Virus record (IMG/VR): IMGVR_UViG_3300020185_003230
Location: 1 to 58,484 of that record
DNA: 58,484 bases
From: a virus
Taxonomy: Duplodnaviria; Caudoviricetes
Strand: one strand, 5' to 3'
In this document: piece by piece, positions 8,572-19,900 of the stretch
Numbering within the stretch: the stretch's first letter is position 1
Layout of the letters: each line of letters opens with the position of its first letter
The notes under the pieces: generated by a model
What the model was told of the DNA's origin: nothing
The model's database searches: none
What the model saw: only the letters and a program-made list of their open reading frames with translations
Translations under genes and position numbers: made by a program

Positions 8572-11500
8572 TATGAGTCCTTCAACTTATACGTAATGTT
8601 TAGATCTATTTTCTTGCCTGTTTTTTTGGAGGTTAGCCTAAATTTAAAGCTCTTATCCCAGATTAAGTCTTCCGCTGCTCCGACAGTCAAGTTACCAACT
8701 TGCGATGCAGCAGTCTCCTCATAATCGACATCGGAATCATCGTATATCAAGTGATTTATTGACGGCTTGATGTCTAAGATCTTCTTAAACGCTATACTGA
8801 TATCTCTGGGAGCCTCTTGTTCAAACTCTGATTCGTAGATCACATCAAATTCGGTATACTTGTATCCGCCATCATCTTTTAGCTCTACAACTTGCACAGG
8901 GGGCAAATGACCTGTTATTCCATTCGCATTAACAAATCTAAATAAGTAATAGAATTTCTTATTTGTTTGAACCTTCTCTTCGTAAAAGCAATTTGAGTAA
9001 TAGTTCTGACCAGTTGAGTTGTTGATCAAATCCTTTGTGTATACCAGATTTCCATCAAAATTAGATATTGAGGTCGGTTCTTTGTCGATCCTGTACACTT
9101 GCAAAGATACTATCGGGGACACCGAGTCTTTAGAGAGAATACTGCTGTCTAGTAAATTGTTATAAGACAAATAGTTAGCTCTAGCCTCTGCGTCTGCGAC
9201 ACTAATAGGAGTCGGATATTGACCTGTCTTTATTTTGGTTTCGTTCTCTATTTCAGTCTTTGGAGTTACTCTGAACGCCTCTTTGTTGATGTAGAATCCA
9301 ATAATCTGTGAGTTGTCCATTCTTTGATATGGAGTTATATCTGGTGCCACAGGTGGGTGATCTAGTGTCGCAACAACTTTGGTTGCAATCAGTTGCCGGA
9401 CTATCTTATAAGTCGGACGATAATCCATATAAAAGTCAGCCATATATTTATACGGTGAAGAGATCTGCGCGTTTGTAGCATAGGTGTTTGGGGCTATTGT
9501 GACCAGCGATATTTCTGTTCCAGTGTCTACTGTACTGCCTTCATAAGTTAACCCTGTGTTACTTTGGATTATATACTGAACCGATTGTTCTGCCCAAGAG
9601 GCATAGAATTCATCTATTGCTGCGTGGGGGTTTGTACTTAAACCCAAAGCTATTTTCTCTTCCAACATTGTCTTAAGATCTTCGTCGCTCTGGAGTGCAT
9701 CGATAAACGCGATAATTGGAAGTGTAATCTCTACACCGCTGTCCTGATAGTCTATACCTAAGTATACGTGCCGCTCTATTGCTTCTGCCTGCGGAGTACT
9801 TAGGTGTGTTACTGTGACGTTGTTTGAGTTTAGGTTCGTCTGCAGATTTAATAACTGTTCAGTTGTGGCTCCTGTCGATGCGTCGAAAAACTCTATGCAA
9901 TTATCATCGGCTTCTATGGTTGATATTCCCGATCCCAGCGTTGTCTCTCCGATACCTATTGCTTCTCGAATCTTGTCGCCTGACGTTACTGTCCCTATGT
10001 TTCTAGAAGCTCTGAGGTTGCTGTATCTGTAACTTGACCCTGGAATTGCAATATATGCATAAACAAAATATGTATACTGCTTTCCGTATTGAACTTGTGT
10101 ATCATAATATTTTAAGTTCAGTCCGTCGTGCGAAGTAAGAGAGCCGTTGTTTAGGAAAAACATCTGCTGGATCGTTCTAAAATCCTGACCGGTAGTTACT
10201 GGGGTGCCTTGTACTTTCTCGATGCTGTATGCTACTGTCTCTGTTTCTGATAACGGCGTGATTAGATCAAGAGACTCCATAAGTCCTTGCATACTTTCTG
10301 GTTCGTCTAAACCGATCTCTGTTGCTCTTTTTTCTAAAGTCTCCACAACTTCAGTCAATGCTTGTGTCGCAGCTATAGATTTTCCGTATCGATAAGCAGC
10401 ACCTGTGTTCTTGGCAATTGCTGTTTGCAGTTTTTTTCTATCAACAATCATCGAGTCGCCTGATATCTGCGCAGTATTCTGGCTAGCTATTCTCAAAAAC
10501 ATTGCTGGAATATCAATGGATTGGTGTGCTGCGCTTTCTGATTCTGTTATCTCTAATAAACCAGTGTCATCACTTGAAGGACCCAACCTAGTTGTTTCTC
10601 TTACATAATCTATTCTACTAAGAGCCCCTCCGATGCTTGAGGCGTTAGCGTAGCTGCTGGCTAAATAAGCCAACACCTCTTCTTCTAATTCATTATTTTT
10701 GATTATTTCCAGCAGGGTTCCTGAGCCCTCGGAGTGCTCCACGGGAATAGACACTTCTATATTTAGAGGATATCTTTCTATCGGGCTGCCAGCCACTTCA
10801 CGATCGATCAGTTTAAAAATATTTTCATCTGTCTCGTGCGTAGGTATATAAAATAGATTACTGGTCATCGCTTCAATCTGACTAGTTGTGGAACTAGAGA
10901 GATTATTTTGTACAAACGCTCCCGTCAAAAAACTTCTCAGGTTTAGTTTATAATCGTAGTACTCGCCACTTGTCGGAGACACATCTGTTAGCTTGGCAGG
11001 GAAAGGAGGCGGTGCGTTTACTACCTGCTTCTCTTTCGGCAGATGTATCTTCTCTAAATCGCGAGTCCCTTCGTGCGATACAAAATTTACAAGAGCCGAT
11101 TCATATGTTGATTTGTCGCTCTCTGTGTATCCTTCAAATAAAGAATCTAAATATACATTTGGTAGCGTCTTTTCGGGGAGGTTTGCCATCTTCCTTTGTG
11201 CGCGGTCATAATAGTCTTCGTATGTGTATCCTATATCGTAATGACGATAATCAGGAGACATATTCCCAGAAGCATCAAGGGTTCTCGCTGCTATCGCAGA
11301 ATAAGGTATTTCGTACTCAAAAGAATTTGCATTGAATGCCCCTTCGGTCACAAGGCGCGAATACGAAGATGTTCCATAAGAACCTCCCTGTAATATTGCG
11401 ACCCACTCAGCGTCTGTCTTAATCTTAGATTCGTCTGCTATGATTCTGACAGGAATCCTAAAGTTAGGAACAATGAGTTCAGAAGAAGCCGTCGTAATCA

Positions 11501-11732
11501 AAGCTGAGTTGATCTGAACATAGTTAAGGATACTGTCAGTAGTGATTTCTGATGCTTGGACTTCCGAAATATCTGTATACTCTGCTATAGCTGCGGAGTT
11601 TAGAGCGATCCTACTCCCTTCATCGGAGGAGGATACATAATAATACGATCCCAGCGCGGTTCTTAAAGTGTTGTTGGACCCAGAAAATAGATCCGAATCA
11701 ATGTTCTTTAAATTTATAGCAATCCCACTCAT
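8571..11732 (-). CDS. Large putative virion protein with FN3-like segments
   Basis: 1053 aa within the structural operon. YYDTQVQYGKQYTYFVYAY and YEEKVQTNKKFYYLFRFVN are FN3-like signatures. Confidence 0.55.
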   Translation of the reverse strand: MSGIAINLKNIDSDLFSGSNNTLRTALGSYYYVSSSDEGSRIALNSAAIAEYTDISEVQASEITTDSILNYVQINSALITTASSELIVPNFRIPVRIIADESKIKTDAEWVAILQGGSYGTSSYSRLVTEGAFNANSFEYEIPYSAIAARTLDASGNMSPDYRHYDIGYTYEDYYDRAQRKMANLPEKTLPNVYLDSLFEGYTESDKSTYESALVNFVSHEGTRDLEKIHLPKEKQVVNAPPPFPAKLTDVSPTSGEYYDYKLNLRSFLTGAFVQNNLSSSTTSQIEAMTSNLFYIPTHETDENIFKLIDREVAGSPIERYPLNIEVSIPVEHSEGSGTLLEIIKNNELEEEVLAYLASSYANASSIGGALSRIDYVRETTRLGPSSDDTGLLEITESESAAHQSIDIPAMFLRIASQNTAQISGDSMIVDRKKLQTAIAKNTGAAYRYGKSIAATQALTEVVETLEKRATEIGLDEPESMQGLMESLDLITPLSETETVAYSIEKVQGTPVTTGQDFRTIQQMFFLNNGSLTSHDGLNLKYYDTQVQYGKQYTYFVYAYIAIPGSSYRYSNLRASRNIGTVTSGDKIREAIGIGETTLGSGISTIEADDNCIEFFDASTGATTEQLLNLQTNLNSNNVTVTHLSTPQAEAIERHVYLGIDYQDSGVEITLPIIAFIDALQSDEDLKTMLEEKIALGLSTNPHAAIDEFYASWAEQSVQYIIQSNTGLTYEGSTVDTGTEISLVTIAPNTYATNAQISSPYKYMADFYMDYRPTYKIVRQLIATKVVATLDHPPVAPDITPYQRMDNSQIIGFYINKEAFRVTPKTEIENETKIKTGQYPTPISVADAEARANYLSYNNLLDSSILSKDSVSPIVSLQVYRIDKEPTSISNFDGNLVYTKDLINNSTGQNYYSNCFYEEKVQTNKKFYYLFRFVNANGITGHLPPVQVVELKDDGGYKYTEFDVIYESEFEQEAPRDISIAFKKILDIKPSINHLIYDDSDVDYEETAASQVGNLTVGAAEDLIWDKSFKFRLTSKKTGKKIDLNITYKLKDS

Positions 11733-12532
11733 AGTGTATACGATGCCTCTGTGGTGGATGTTGTTGATATAGAGATTTGTGTTGAAATTTCTTGTCCGGA
11801 GTCTTCTATATTTTTTATTGTCAATCTTTGTGGTCTGATTGTTTTCGCTGTATAAACACGAGACACTAACGTTTGGTATGCATCTGCTGCAGCGGACTCG
11901 AAGGCGGCTGATACTTGAGACTCAACCGACTCTCCGTTGGCAGGAGCGCCAAACTTATCGTTTATTGCCTGCTCTTCAAGGTTGTAATACTGCGGCAATA
12001 GGACAATTTCAAACGTTGCGAGTGGGTTGGCTAAATCTTCAGGGACCGCCTCCGCAACTTCAATTGTTCGAGTGATGGTGGTAGAGGCACCAAACAAAGT
12101 CCCAGTCGTTGTTGTATTAAGAACAGAAGAGGCTGATCCGGTAGGCGATGAAACACTGAATAGGGGATAGCTTACGTCAAACCCCTGGAGTGGTCTGTAC
12201 ATTCGAATGAGCGGGACATATGACGGCTCCCAATCTTGTGGTGGGTATATTGTCTCAACGATAGACATATTTCCCTCTCCGATTAAATCAGAATCATCGC
12301 TGGTTATCTGCTCGTCATAACTAAAAGACAGAGTAAATTCAGGGTCTATTAACCCGATAGAGTCAACTTTCGTTATGGAACTCGCGATATAAGTTAGAGG
12401 ATCATCTCCAGAAACAAGAAAACTAGCTGCGTCTTCAAATTTAGCCGACCCTGACGACGCAACTTGTGTTGGGTCTTTTATTTTATCAGGGTTATCAGCT
12501 AATCGTGCAGATGTCGATCTATATGTTGTCAT
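11729..12532 (-). CDS. Hypothetical protein (structural operon)
   Basis: 267-aa ORF with 4-nt overlaps to both neighbours. Confidence 0.55.
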   Translation of the reverse strand: MTTYRSTSARLADNPDKIKDPTQVASSGSAKFEDAASFLVSGDDPLTYIASSITKVDSIGLIDPEFTLSFSYDEQITSDDSDLIGEGNMSIVETIYPPQDWEPSYVPLIRMYRPLQGFDVSYPLFSVSSPTGSASSVLNTTTTGTLFGASTTITRTIEVAEAVPEDLANPLATFEIVLLPQYYNLEEQAINDKFGAPANGESVESQVSAAFESAAADAYQTLVSRVYTAKTIRPQRLTIKNIEDSGQEISTQISISTTSTTEASYTL

Positions 12533-13122
12533 TTTTGTTTCTTCATTTTTAATCCGCGCAAGGTCGGAGAAATGCCGTTACGGTTGCCGTAGTTAATGTC
12601 TATCATTCTCGAAGCTACGTTTATCAGGCTTGGTTCAGTCTTCTTCTTAGATCTATCTTTTTCATTTTTGTAGTTGTCAGAAATATCTTCATCCAGATAA
12701 TAAATAGCATCATTATCAGATTTAAGGATCCCCTCCAGTGAGACATTTACTTTTCTGATTTCTTTAAAGTTCTCTGAGTCGAGTTTATTCGGGTTGTCAA
12801 CTACCTCTTTGTCTGTTTTTACGCTAAGAAGTGAAAAGTCTGCTTTATTGATCGACTCTTCAGTTATTGATGTGCATCCGAGAGTTGCCAAGAGATCTTC
12901 TGATATCTGTGACGTTGTGGCAGAATCTCTCTGTGGTGGTGTTAGTCCGTTTGATACAAGCTCCTGGTTCACTTGCCTGACTTTAATCGTACTATTGCTC
13001 TTTCCCTTAGTTGTTCTTACTACTTTGTTACCGACTATTTGCTCTTCTAAAGACGTGTTCGCCATTTGCGATACTTTTGACGAGTCCTTGATGGTCGATA
13101 TTGTAATAGTTAATTTTGGCAT
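12529..13122 (-). CDS. Hypothetical protein
   Basis: 197-aa ORF co-oriented in the operon. Confidence 0.5.
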   Translation of the reverse strand: MPKLTITISTIKDSSKVSQMANTSLEEQIVGNKVVRTTKGKSNSTIKVRQVNQELVSNGLTPPQRDSATTSQISEDLLATLGCTSITEESINKADFSLLSVKTDKEVVDNPNKLDSENFKEIRKVNVSLEGILKSDNDAIYYLDEDISDNYKNEKDRSKKKTEPSLINVASRMIDINYGNRNGISPTLRGLKMKKQK

Positions 13123-13145
13123 TTGTGTTTATTTTCGCTTGTCTA

Positions 13146-15944
13146 TTAAAGTGTTTCGCTAGAGGTAGATTCTTCTAAATCTTCAAATATATCGTCGTTC
13201 TGCCCCGGAGCGCCAGGATTTGGATCAAAAGGAAATCCAGCTTCTCCGCCTATATCTGGCGAGAGACCACCACCGCTACCACCACCGCTACCACCGCCGC
13301 TACCACCGCCACCTGGACCGCCTCCTGGCGGTCCACTCCCATCCGTCTTGGTCGGCATAGATAGATTAATTGTCTCTGGTAACGGCTGGAATATTGATTC
13401 GAAACCGGTGACTGATGAGGAGTCTCCAAATATTATTGAACGTTCCGCCTCTAACCCAGCAGCTACGCCGGCTGGAGTATTATTAGACGGAAGATCTGTG
13501 CTTTCATAATAGGATGTATATAGTGAGCTTATCTTATCTCTGAATGATTCAATCGCACCTATTGTGCCTGTATCTGGGGCAATCGCTTCTGTATCTGCCA
13601 TAGCTGCAGCATACAGCGCAGTCATATCTCCGTTAAACTCATTAAATACTAGCTCTCGATGCATGTAATATACAATCGGCATCAGATACCATGGAGCCAT
13701 ATGTGGAGAGTCAGAATAAGATTCTGTTGCGCCAGTGATGAAAAAGTCATTGAAAAAACCATCTGTATTATTGTAACTGCATTGCTCTGTGGCTGTTTGA
13801 TAATAATCTTCGAATTCTCCATCGATTAGTTTTTTATAGTTGTTTACTATTGATTCATAGATCGACAGAGTATTATCTACTATTGAGACTTTATACCTAA
13901 GAAAACTAGTAGACCAAATATCTTCTCTTCCCGCTGATTCATAGATCGAGAAAGGACCAGCACATTCTTGGTGTTCAAAGCACATCAGGCGATATCCGTT
14001 CAATCCTCCGGATTCTATGGATCCTGTATTAGTGGTATTGAAGCTTCGAAGTATACAATACGTAAACTCTTCACTGTCTGTATCAGTTAAATCAACGCCA
14101 GAAATGCCCAAAACACGAACACTAGAAATGCCCAGATCCTCTAGACCACTACTAATGAATTCGGTTCCCAACTCTGCTGCCGCTTGCGAGGATGCTGGTG
14201 CGCGTCCTTGCACGGCGCGTGCTGGCGAATCTGGATCGTTATCAGATCCGAAAGTAGGAGGTGCTTCTACATAAACATCACGCGCTAGTGGGTATTGTCC
14301 TTCACTATTATCATAAGAGTAATTTGTTGTAATCTCGCCGCAAGAATTATAGTCATCTATCGAGGGGGAGACTTTATTTTGCCTGCCTCGATATGAATCT
14401 TTTTCACGAGCCTTCTCTGTCCAGGCACCTCTCATAATGTTTGTGTTATCTAATCTAAAGGCACTATTCAGCACCTTGTCGCTTATGCTGAGCAGTTGCT
14501 GCATTCGTTTAATATCAAATATTTTAGAGATATTTGAAGTACTAATGAGTGCCTTCTCATAATCAAATAGCCAGAATCCGTAAAGATATTCATTAATTGC
14601 ATGTATGAGATCCATCGGGGAACCTGGATCGGTGTAGACACCGATCTGGTCAACATAGGTTATATACTTTGCTTGATCTACATAAATGAAGTTTGAAGTT
14701 AAACTGGGATCATAGCTCTCGTCCCAAGAAGGGGCATTGTATTCAATTGAAGTTAATGGTCTCAAATCTATCAAAACCGGGCTGACATTTAGTTGCTTCC
14801 TTAACTGTGTTCCGCGAACGACCGCATTGTTTGTATTAAAAAGGGTTCGCTCGAATACTTCATAAAATCTACCGACAGGCGTGACTGTACTGGTCTCAGT
14901 AAAAGACTTGCGCATCTGGTTCATTTCTTGAAGCAGTTTATTGTCTGCGCCGTATACCTCTAGAATATAGTTTAGTTGATCAAACATATTCTGCAAATCT
15001 TCATCACTCGTAGTTCCGATTAATTGCTTAAAGGTGCTAACTATCGATTGCTTTGCTGTTGTTGATCTGTGATAGTTTCCATCAATTGCCTGAATGATGA
15101 AGTTCGGGTCTGATGCGATGGTCCCACTAGCATCGACGAAAACAAAGTATTCTCCATTCTTTATCTTTCCGTCTTTAGCTATCTGCTCATATGAGATATC
15201 AGAAACCTTAGTCTCCAGCATTTTGGTTGCTGGGTGCTTTGTTTTTATCGCGCTAACGATATCGTTATTCAAGTTCAAATTAACAAGGTTAATCTCTTCA
15301 GTTGTCATATTGGTTGAGAAGCAAGCCAAGTTGGCTTCTTGTATTATATTAGATTCTGCGAGGCTTAAGTAATCTGCATAATATTCTGGGTATGCTTCAA
15401 TTTGGTTGCCTATCTCCATTTCCATAACATATCGGTAGTACGGCACGCCGGATGAATCATACAGAAGTTCACGAGTGCCAGTATCCATCAACTCTGAAAA
15501 AGATTTCTGATGAAACGTTTGATTGTCTGGATAAAATATAGCGTATGCGTCGGATGTCTGTGAATCTTTCATGCTGACGAACGTTTGCTCCGAAGAGAAG
15601 CCGCTGTACAGTAGCTCAAAAATTGACTTGACTCCGCTCTCCAGACTCTCAAAACGGCGAGTACCCAACTCACCTCTTTCGTCCTCCAGTACCCGTGTTT
15701 GTGCGTCAGAGACGGTCGAAGCAACAAAATCTGCTATATTGACAACGTATATCGACAAGCTATTATACAAATAGGACTCGTATTCTTTGAAGATGTCTGT
15801 TTCTTCTTCTCCGATATTCACATTTACATAGACAGATATTTGCACAGACATACGGTTCTCGTATATCTTAATCTTCTCCATATAGGGAGTTGGTAAGTTC
15901 CTGCCGAACTTTTGTATTTTTTCACCTTCTACGTTTAGAGGCAT
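13146..15944 (-). CDS. Large putative virion protein with Gly-rich C-terminus
   Basis: 932-aa acidic ORF in the structural operon with a C-terminal GGGS repeat. Confidence 0.55.
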   Translation of the reverse strand: MPLNVEGEKIQKFGRNLPTPYMEKIKIYENRMSVQISVYVNVNIGEEETDIFKEYESYLYNSLSIYVVNIADFVASTVSDAQTRVLEDERGELGTRRFESLESGVKSIFELLYSGFSSEQTFVSMKDSQTSDAYAIFYPDNQTFHQKSFSELMDTGTRELLYDSSGVPYYRYVMEMEIGNQIEAYPEYYADYLSLAESNIIQEANLACFSTNMTTEEINLVNLNLNNDIVSAIKTKHPATKMLETKVSDISYEQIAKDGKIKNGEYFVFVDASGTIASDPNFIIQAIDGNYHRSTTAKQSIVSTFKQLIGTTSDEDLQNMFDQLNYILEVYGADNKLLQEMNQMRKSFTETSTVTPVGRFYEVFERTLFNTNNAVVRGTQLRKQLNVSPVLIDLRPLTSIEYNAPSWDESYDPSLTSNFIYVDQAKYITYVDQIGVYTDPGSPMDLIHAINEYLYGFWLFDYEKALISTSNISKIFDIKRMQQLLSISDKVLNSAFRLDNTNIMRGAWTEKAREKDSYRGRQNKVSPSIDDYNSCGEITTNYSYDNSEGQYPLARDVYVEAPPTFGSDNDPDSPARAVQGRAPASSQAAAELGTEFISSGLEDLGISSVRVLGISGVDLTDTDSEEFTYCILRSFNTTNTGSIESGGLNGYRLMCFEHQECAGPFSIYESAGREDIWSTSFLRYKVSIVDNTLSIYESIVNNYKKLIDGEFEDYYQTATEQCSYNNTDGFFNDFFITGATESYSDSPHMAPWYLMPIVYYMHRELVFNEFNGDMTALYAAAMADTEAIAPDTGTIGAIESFRDKISSLYTSYYESTDLPSNNTPAGVAAGLEAERSIIFGDSSSVTGFESIFQPLPETINLSMPTKTDGSGPPGGGPGGGGSGGGSGGGSGGGLSPDIGGEAGFPFDPNPGAPGQNDDIFEDLEESTSSETL
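13264..13335 (-). repeat. Coding tandem repeat (12-nt unit, about 3 copies) encoding a GGGS linker
   Basis: accaccgctacc-type units on the plus strand, translating as GPPGGGPGGGGSGGGSGGGSGGG. Confidence 0.8.
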
Positions 15945-16909
15945 ATCTCTGGCTCCGTAACTGGTCCGTAAATATCAAAGTAATAGTTTTCCGGAGTCTG
16001 TTCGTTATAGCAATCAAAATCTAAGTCGATATAATATGATTGTTTGTTGAATATCTCTGCACCTTTGCATGCAACTTTGTGATCTGCAGATTGATCTTTT
16101 CGTATCTCAAAGTAGTATTCTACATCATCTGTTGTAAAATCTGTATCTAAATTATTGTAATTGTCCAGATACTCTTGTGTGATGAAGCCGCCGTCGATTC
16201 TTTTATTATTTTTAGCAAACCTTTTTCTCTCTAGCTTTTGTTTGCCAGAACTGTTATCAATCTCAAAGACTTCGATATCAAAATTCTCATTCAGTAAGAT
16301 TGTGTTTAACTCTTCTGCGTAAATCATTAGATCGTCCGGTTCTATCTTTATATATTTATCATCTATAAAAATATTACCTTCGCTCTGGTCTGAGGATAAC
16401 TGCGAACTGTTCTTTATCTTCTTTCTGTACGTCATCGTCATATTGACTTGCGGGACCATTATATCGTTTGTTGTGTCTTTCTGTTGAGAAGAGGATATCT
16501 CTCCGTCTAATGTTACTATTTTCCAAGCTGGGGCAGACTGGGTGTCAGCCTCAAGTCTAGCATCGCCAATCATCGAATCGTATCTGAAGGTGTCTTTTCT
16601 CGGGTTGACTGCTGTTGCATCCATATCTACAGCGAAAGCTTCTCCGGTTGTCGAGGTATATGGAATGTTTTGGTCTTCCACGTCTTCAAACAAAACTAGA
16701 CTCTCAATATAAGACGTATTGCTCTTTATTCTCTCGTGAATCTCGTTCTGTTTCTCTGTCAATCCGACGTAACTTGCATCGTAAATTACATTATCGTCGT
16801 AAAATGCATACATTTCCGGCTTGAATCTACCTTGAGACAGCAAATAATTTCCATAAGAAGTAAGTTTAAAATCAATAACTTGTTCTTTTTTATTTAGAAA
16901 TTTAGCCAT
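15935..16909 (-). CDS. Putative baseplate/collar protein, divergent third paralog of the LTxxG...DD family
   Basis: N-terminal DFKLTSYGNYLLSQGRFKPEMYAFYDDNVIY aligns by eye with the N-termini of 6510-7514 and 7579-8571. Confidence 0.55.
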   Translation of the reverse strand: MAKFLNKKEQVIDFKLTSYGNYLLSQGRFKPEMYAFYDDNVIYDASYVGLTEKQNEIHERIKSNTSYIESLVLFEDVEDQNIPYTSTTGEAFAVDMDATAVNPRKDTFRYDSMIGDARLEADTQSAPAWKIVTLDGEISSSQQKDTTNDIMVPQVNMTMTYRKKIKNSSQLSSDQSEGNIFIDDKYIKIEPDDLMIYAEELNTILLNENFDIEVFEIDNSSGKQKLERKRFAKNNKRIDGGFITQEYLDNYNNLDTDFTTDDVEYYFEIRKDQSADHKVACKGAEIFNKQSYYIDLDFDCYNEQTPENYYFDIYGPVTEPEICL

Positions 16910-19900
16910 CAGTTATTCTCTCCAGAGGGTAGCAGTGTTCTACTGACAGTACTTGGGATATTATTTTGGGAGGGCTGAGCTTTGATCTTGGGTGTGCCCC
17001 TGGCTGTTGAATACATATTTGTTTCGTTCCCGTCATCTATTTTGGCATTTTTCTTCTTCATTTTTCTATTGCCTATCTCTTCTTTTGGTTGAGAATACTT
17101 GATGTCAACGTTGATTTTTGCCATTTCAACAAAAGAAACATAATCATATGGCCAGTTGTACTTCATTTGGTATTGTGGTGCTTCTTCTAATCCAATTTTT
17201 GTATTTGGGCGAAGGTTTTCTTGAGCCTGCGTATCAACATAGTCCCAATAGTCATCTTGCCCCTTCTGCTTAACCTTAAATATCATCCATCTCAAGTTTT
17301 GGTTTTCTTCCAGCACTGTTTCATTCAATAGTTCCGCATCCATGAGTTCGTGAGCAATTGACTGATTTTCGATCTTCATCTTCTTATAGTCTCTCGGTGC
17401 TATGTTTTGCCAGATGTAGGATAGATCCGACTTATCCAGATCGTACTCAAACTCGAATATATACATTACAAACGGATCGACTGCGTTTTCAGGATTATTT
17501 ATAAAGTCAAGTTGTGGGGGGAATACATATCTATCCATTTTTTGCAATTGCTTGCTTAAGCTGGATCCTGCTGTTTCAAAACTGTCTCCGGTGGCAGTCC
17601 CGTAAGATTGTTTTTGAGCAGCCTTGTAGCGTTCCTGGGGGATAGAGATAAAGAATTTACTAGTTTGACCCAGCTCTTTCTGTGGTTCACTCTCATTATC
17701 TGGCTGCGATCTCTGTGTGATGTATGGGATAGCTACGACCGCTTCTCTAAGCTTGGCATTCTCCTTAAGTTCACCTAGGCGCTTCTTATTTTCTGTATTG
17801 AATCCAACGAGATCTGCCAAGGACTTGACGTTCCTGTATAATGTTGAATCAGCAGTACCATTGTTGTAGGAGCTTGCGTTCTCGATCACATCATAATGGT
17901 TTTGCAGCCAGTTCTTTGGTACGTCTTCGATACTAATAAAGATTCCCTTCGATGCATCCTCCGGCGGAATTCCATACTGATGCCACATACCGTGAGGTAC
18001 TGATTCTCCACCAAAGTTTGCGGGAAGCGATAAATTGATGCCGGGAGCGGAAGGAATCGTACTTCCACTAATGGGGTTCAACCCTGAATCAGAAAAGTTC
18101 ATCATCGGAGTCTCAAACTTAGGGCGGATAACCCATCGTTTGCCGACAGTTGTACCAGGGCGACTTTCTTGGACAAGTCCTTGCCTATCCTTCACTGTGA
18201 ATTCTGTTGTCTCTATTCCGAATAAGTTTAGACTGGCGTCTATTTGCATCGAACTTGAGTTAATCAGTTTTCCATCGTATGGGGCAGTCGGAAGACCTCC
18301 GGTAAGTGCATTATTCGAGTAAATTAAACTACGGTAACCGAAGCCGGTTCCTGCAGTGGATCCTGTCATACTGCCAGTAATGGGTCGACCTGCATCGAAT
18401 CTCCAAAGAACTTTTTTACACTCAGCCATTATTTTTTCTAAGTTATAATCTACTGAAGAAGTCGGTCGGAACACTAAGTCACACCATGCCTCGCCATTTG
18501 TGTAAGCCGGTGTATATGCTGGGTTAAATCCACTAATACTGTCAAAAGTGCCGGCAAAATGATATGGCTGCGGGAAACTTCCGACTGTCAGTACTGGGCT
18601 TGGTCGACCTGCGAGATCTGGACCGAACGCGCTTGGTCTACTAAACATCGTAAACGTCTCTTTAAAGCTAACAGAGCTACCAGAACCTATCGAGTATCTT
18701 GGATCCTGTGGGACTGGGAAGTATCTCGTGCTACTGTAATCTGAGCCAATGTAAGCTTTTGCTCCAAACTTAGTAAACACATTCTCTTCTGAGGAGCTGG
18801 CTATACTTGCAACATTGTTCAGAAGACCATCCACTTCATTTGTGTAGACTCTCGGACCAGTCGTCGAGCGCTCCATCTTAACTCGCATCATATAGACTTC
18901 GTTTTCTCCAAACCTAAACGTTTCAGAAATGGGCTCGGACTTAATGCTAGCAAACTCCTGATCCTTGAGGAAGAAAGAGGGGACAGCGCCGAAGAAGTTT
19001 CTTGATATACTATTGTACGATTCGTCTGATTCTCCCGGCACCCACGAACAAGTTACATACGGCATAGATGCCGATGGATGCGCTTCCATATCGTAAAAGC
19101 TCAAGCCTTGCAGATGTTTTTTTGGCTCGATTAGCGTCTCAAATGGTAACCTCTTATCAAAAAAACTAGTTGACTCCGTGCTCGTGTCTGTCAGCATAGA
19201 TACTGAATATAACTCTTCGTATAGATCAGGTCCAGACTTTGAAACCTTAAACTGTGTGCGACTAATCTTGGAAGGCTTCATTACAATCGGATAATCAACT
19301 GCCATTCCTGATTTGATCGTATTGAACATCAGTCCTGGCGAGAACATCTTTGTCATAAATGGTCTTGCTAGTCCGGAAGCTCCAGACATGTTGGGATGCA
19401 ACAATGTCCCGCTAATCACGCCAGGGGGCATCTCAGTTATTCCAGACCCAGATGGTCCACCGCCAATAACCAAAGAGGAAGTAGCCGCGCAAAGGCTGGA
19501 TATTACGTTATTATAGTGAGAATCTTTAAACTGACTAACAAGATCTAGTGTACGCTGTGCTGGATAAAACCCCTTGTATGGATTAAAGCGAATAGCTCCA
19601 GTACAAGAGACCATTATCTCTGTTGCATTTAAGAGAGATTCGTTCTTAATTTTCAAAAAGTCTTGCAAGAATTCTGAGTTAGAATACGTTATATAGAATT
19701 TGTCATTTACCCTAGAGTTTTCAGAGGTGTGTGGCAGTTCTAATCCAAGATCTTGATAAGGGTTATATCCACCATCAGAGTTTTCATATTCTGTTAGGTT
19801 TTCGCTGATTCTGTATTCTGGTATTACTGCGAATCCTTTTGCAGCTAGCTTGAGTTCGTACTTAAAATCGTCGTAATCATTAAACCAGGGCTCTGATGGA

